Assembly: GCA_950097015.1 (NCBI GenBank)
Contig: CATNEN010000001.1
Coordinates: 8,184,001-8,248,000, forward strand
Direction of reading: 5' to 3'
From: Macrostomum hystrix
Taxonomy: Eukaryota; Animalia; Platyhelminthes
DNA: 64,000 nucleotides
The position numbers and the translations under genes are program-made. Below the pieces are notes generated by a model. The model made no database searches and was not told where the DNA came from. It was given only the letters and a program-made list of their open reading frames with translations. Each line of letters opens with the position of its first letter. Position 1 is the first letter of the stretch. Positions 63,978 through 64,000 of the stretch are shown piece by piece.

Positions 63978-64000
63978 CAGTTTGGCCGGAGGCCCTGGAT

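Larger units (their letters stand above)
48895..64000 (-). mobile_element. Non-LTR retrotransposon, LOA/R1 group (APE-RT-RNase H-CCHC), interrupted by a DNA transposon; 5' end outside window
   Basis: ORF1 63384-61840; ORF2 in two halves that rejoin in frame; short structured 3' UTR ending TAAGTCAAAGTAAGTCAAG. Confidence 0.92.

Overview
Eukaryotic (metazoan) genomic DNA with spliceosomal introns and a very high density of minisatellites. The style resembles a flatworm such as Macrostomum, but that is inference only. Host genes reconstructed by hand from splice sites: the 5' part of an ARID3/dead-ringer-like gene (-), a 3-exon TMEM234-like gene (+), two convergent and highly divergent ionotropic glutamate receptor paralogs (+ 20439-25638; - 26611-35339), and a 2-exon tetraspanin (-). 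The right third is a transposon nest. It holds a defective Gypsy LTR element (41891-46094) and a LOA/R1-group non-LTR retrotransposon (about 48895 to beyond 64000). The LINE's otherwise intact ORF2 is split by a 9.1-kb DNA transposon (50998-60099; 16-bp TIR CCCTATTGGAATAAGT, 8-bp TSD) encoding an intact, spliced, atypical hAT-like transposase plus an unexplained 2.2-kb internal segment. Two tRNA-derived SINE families, a hAT-type MITE and about 20 tandem arrays are also present. Most long ORFs in the supplied track are translation artefacts of the repeats. The best novelty candidates are the atypical hAT-like element and its cargo, the variant iGluR pair, and the 97-bp structured repeats in the LINE 5' UTR. 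No database searches were run.
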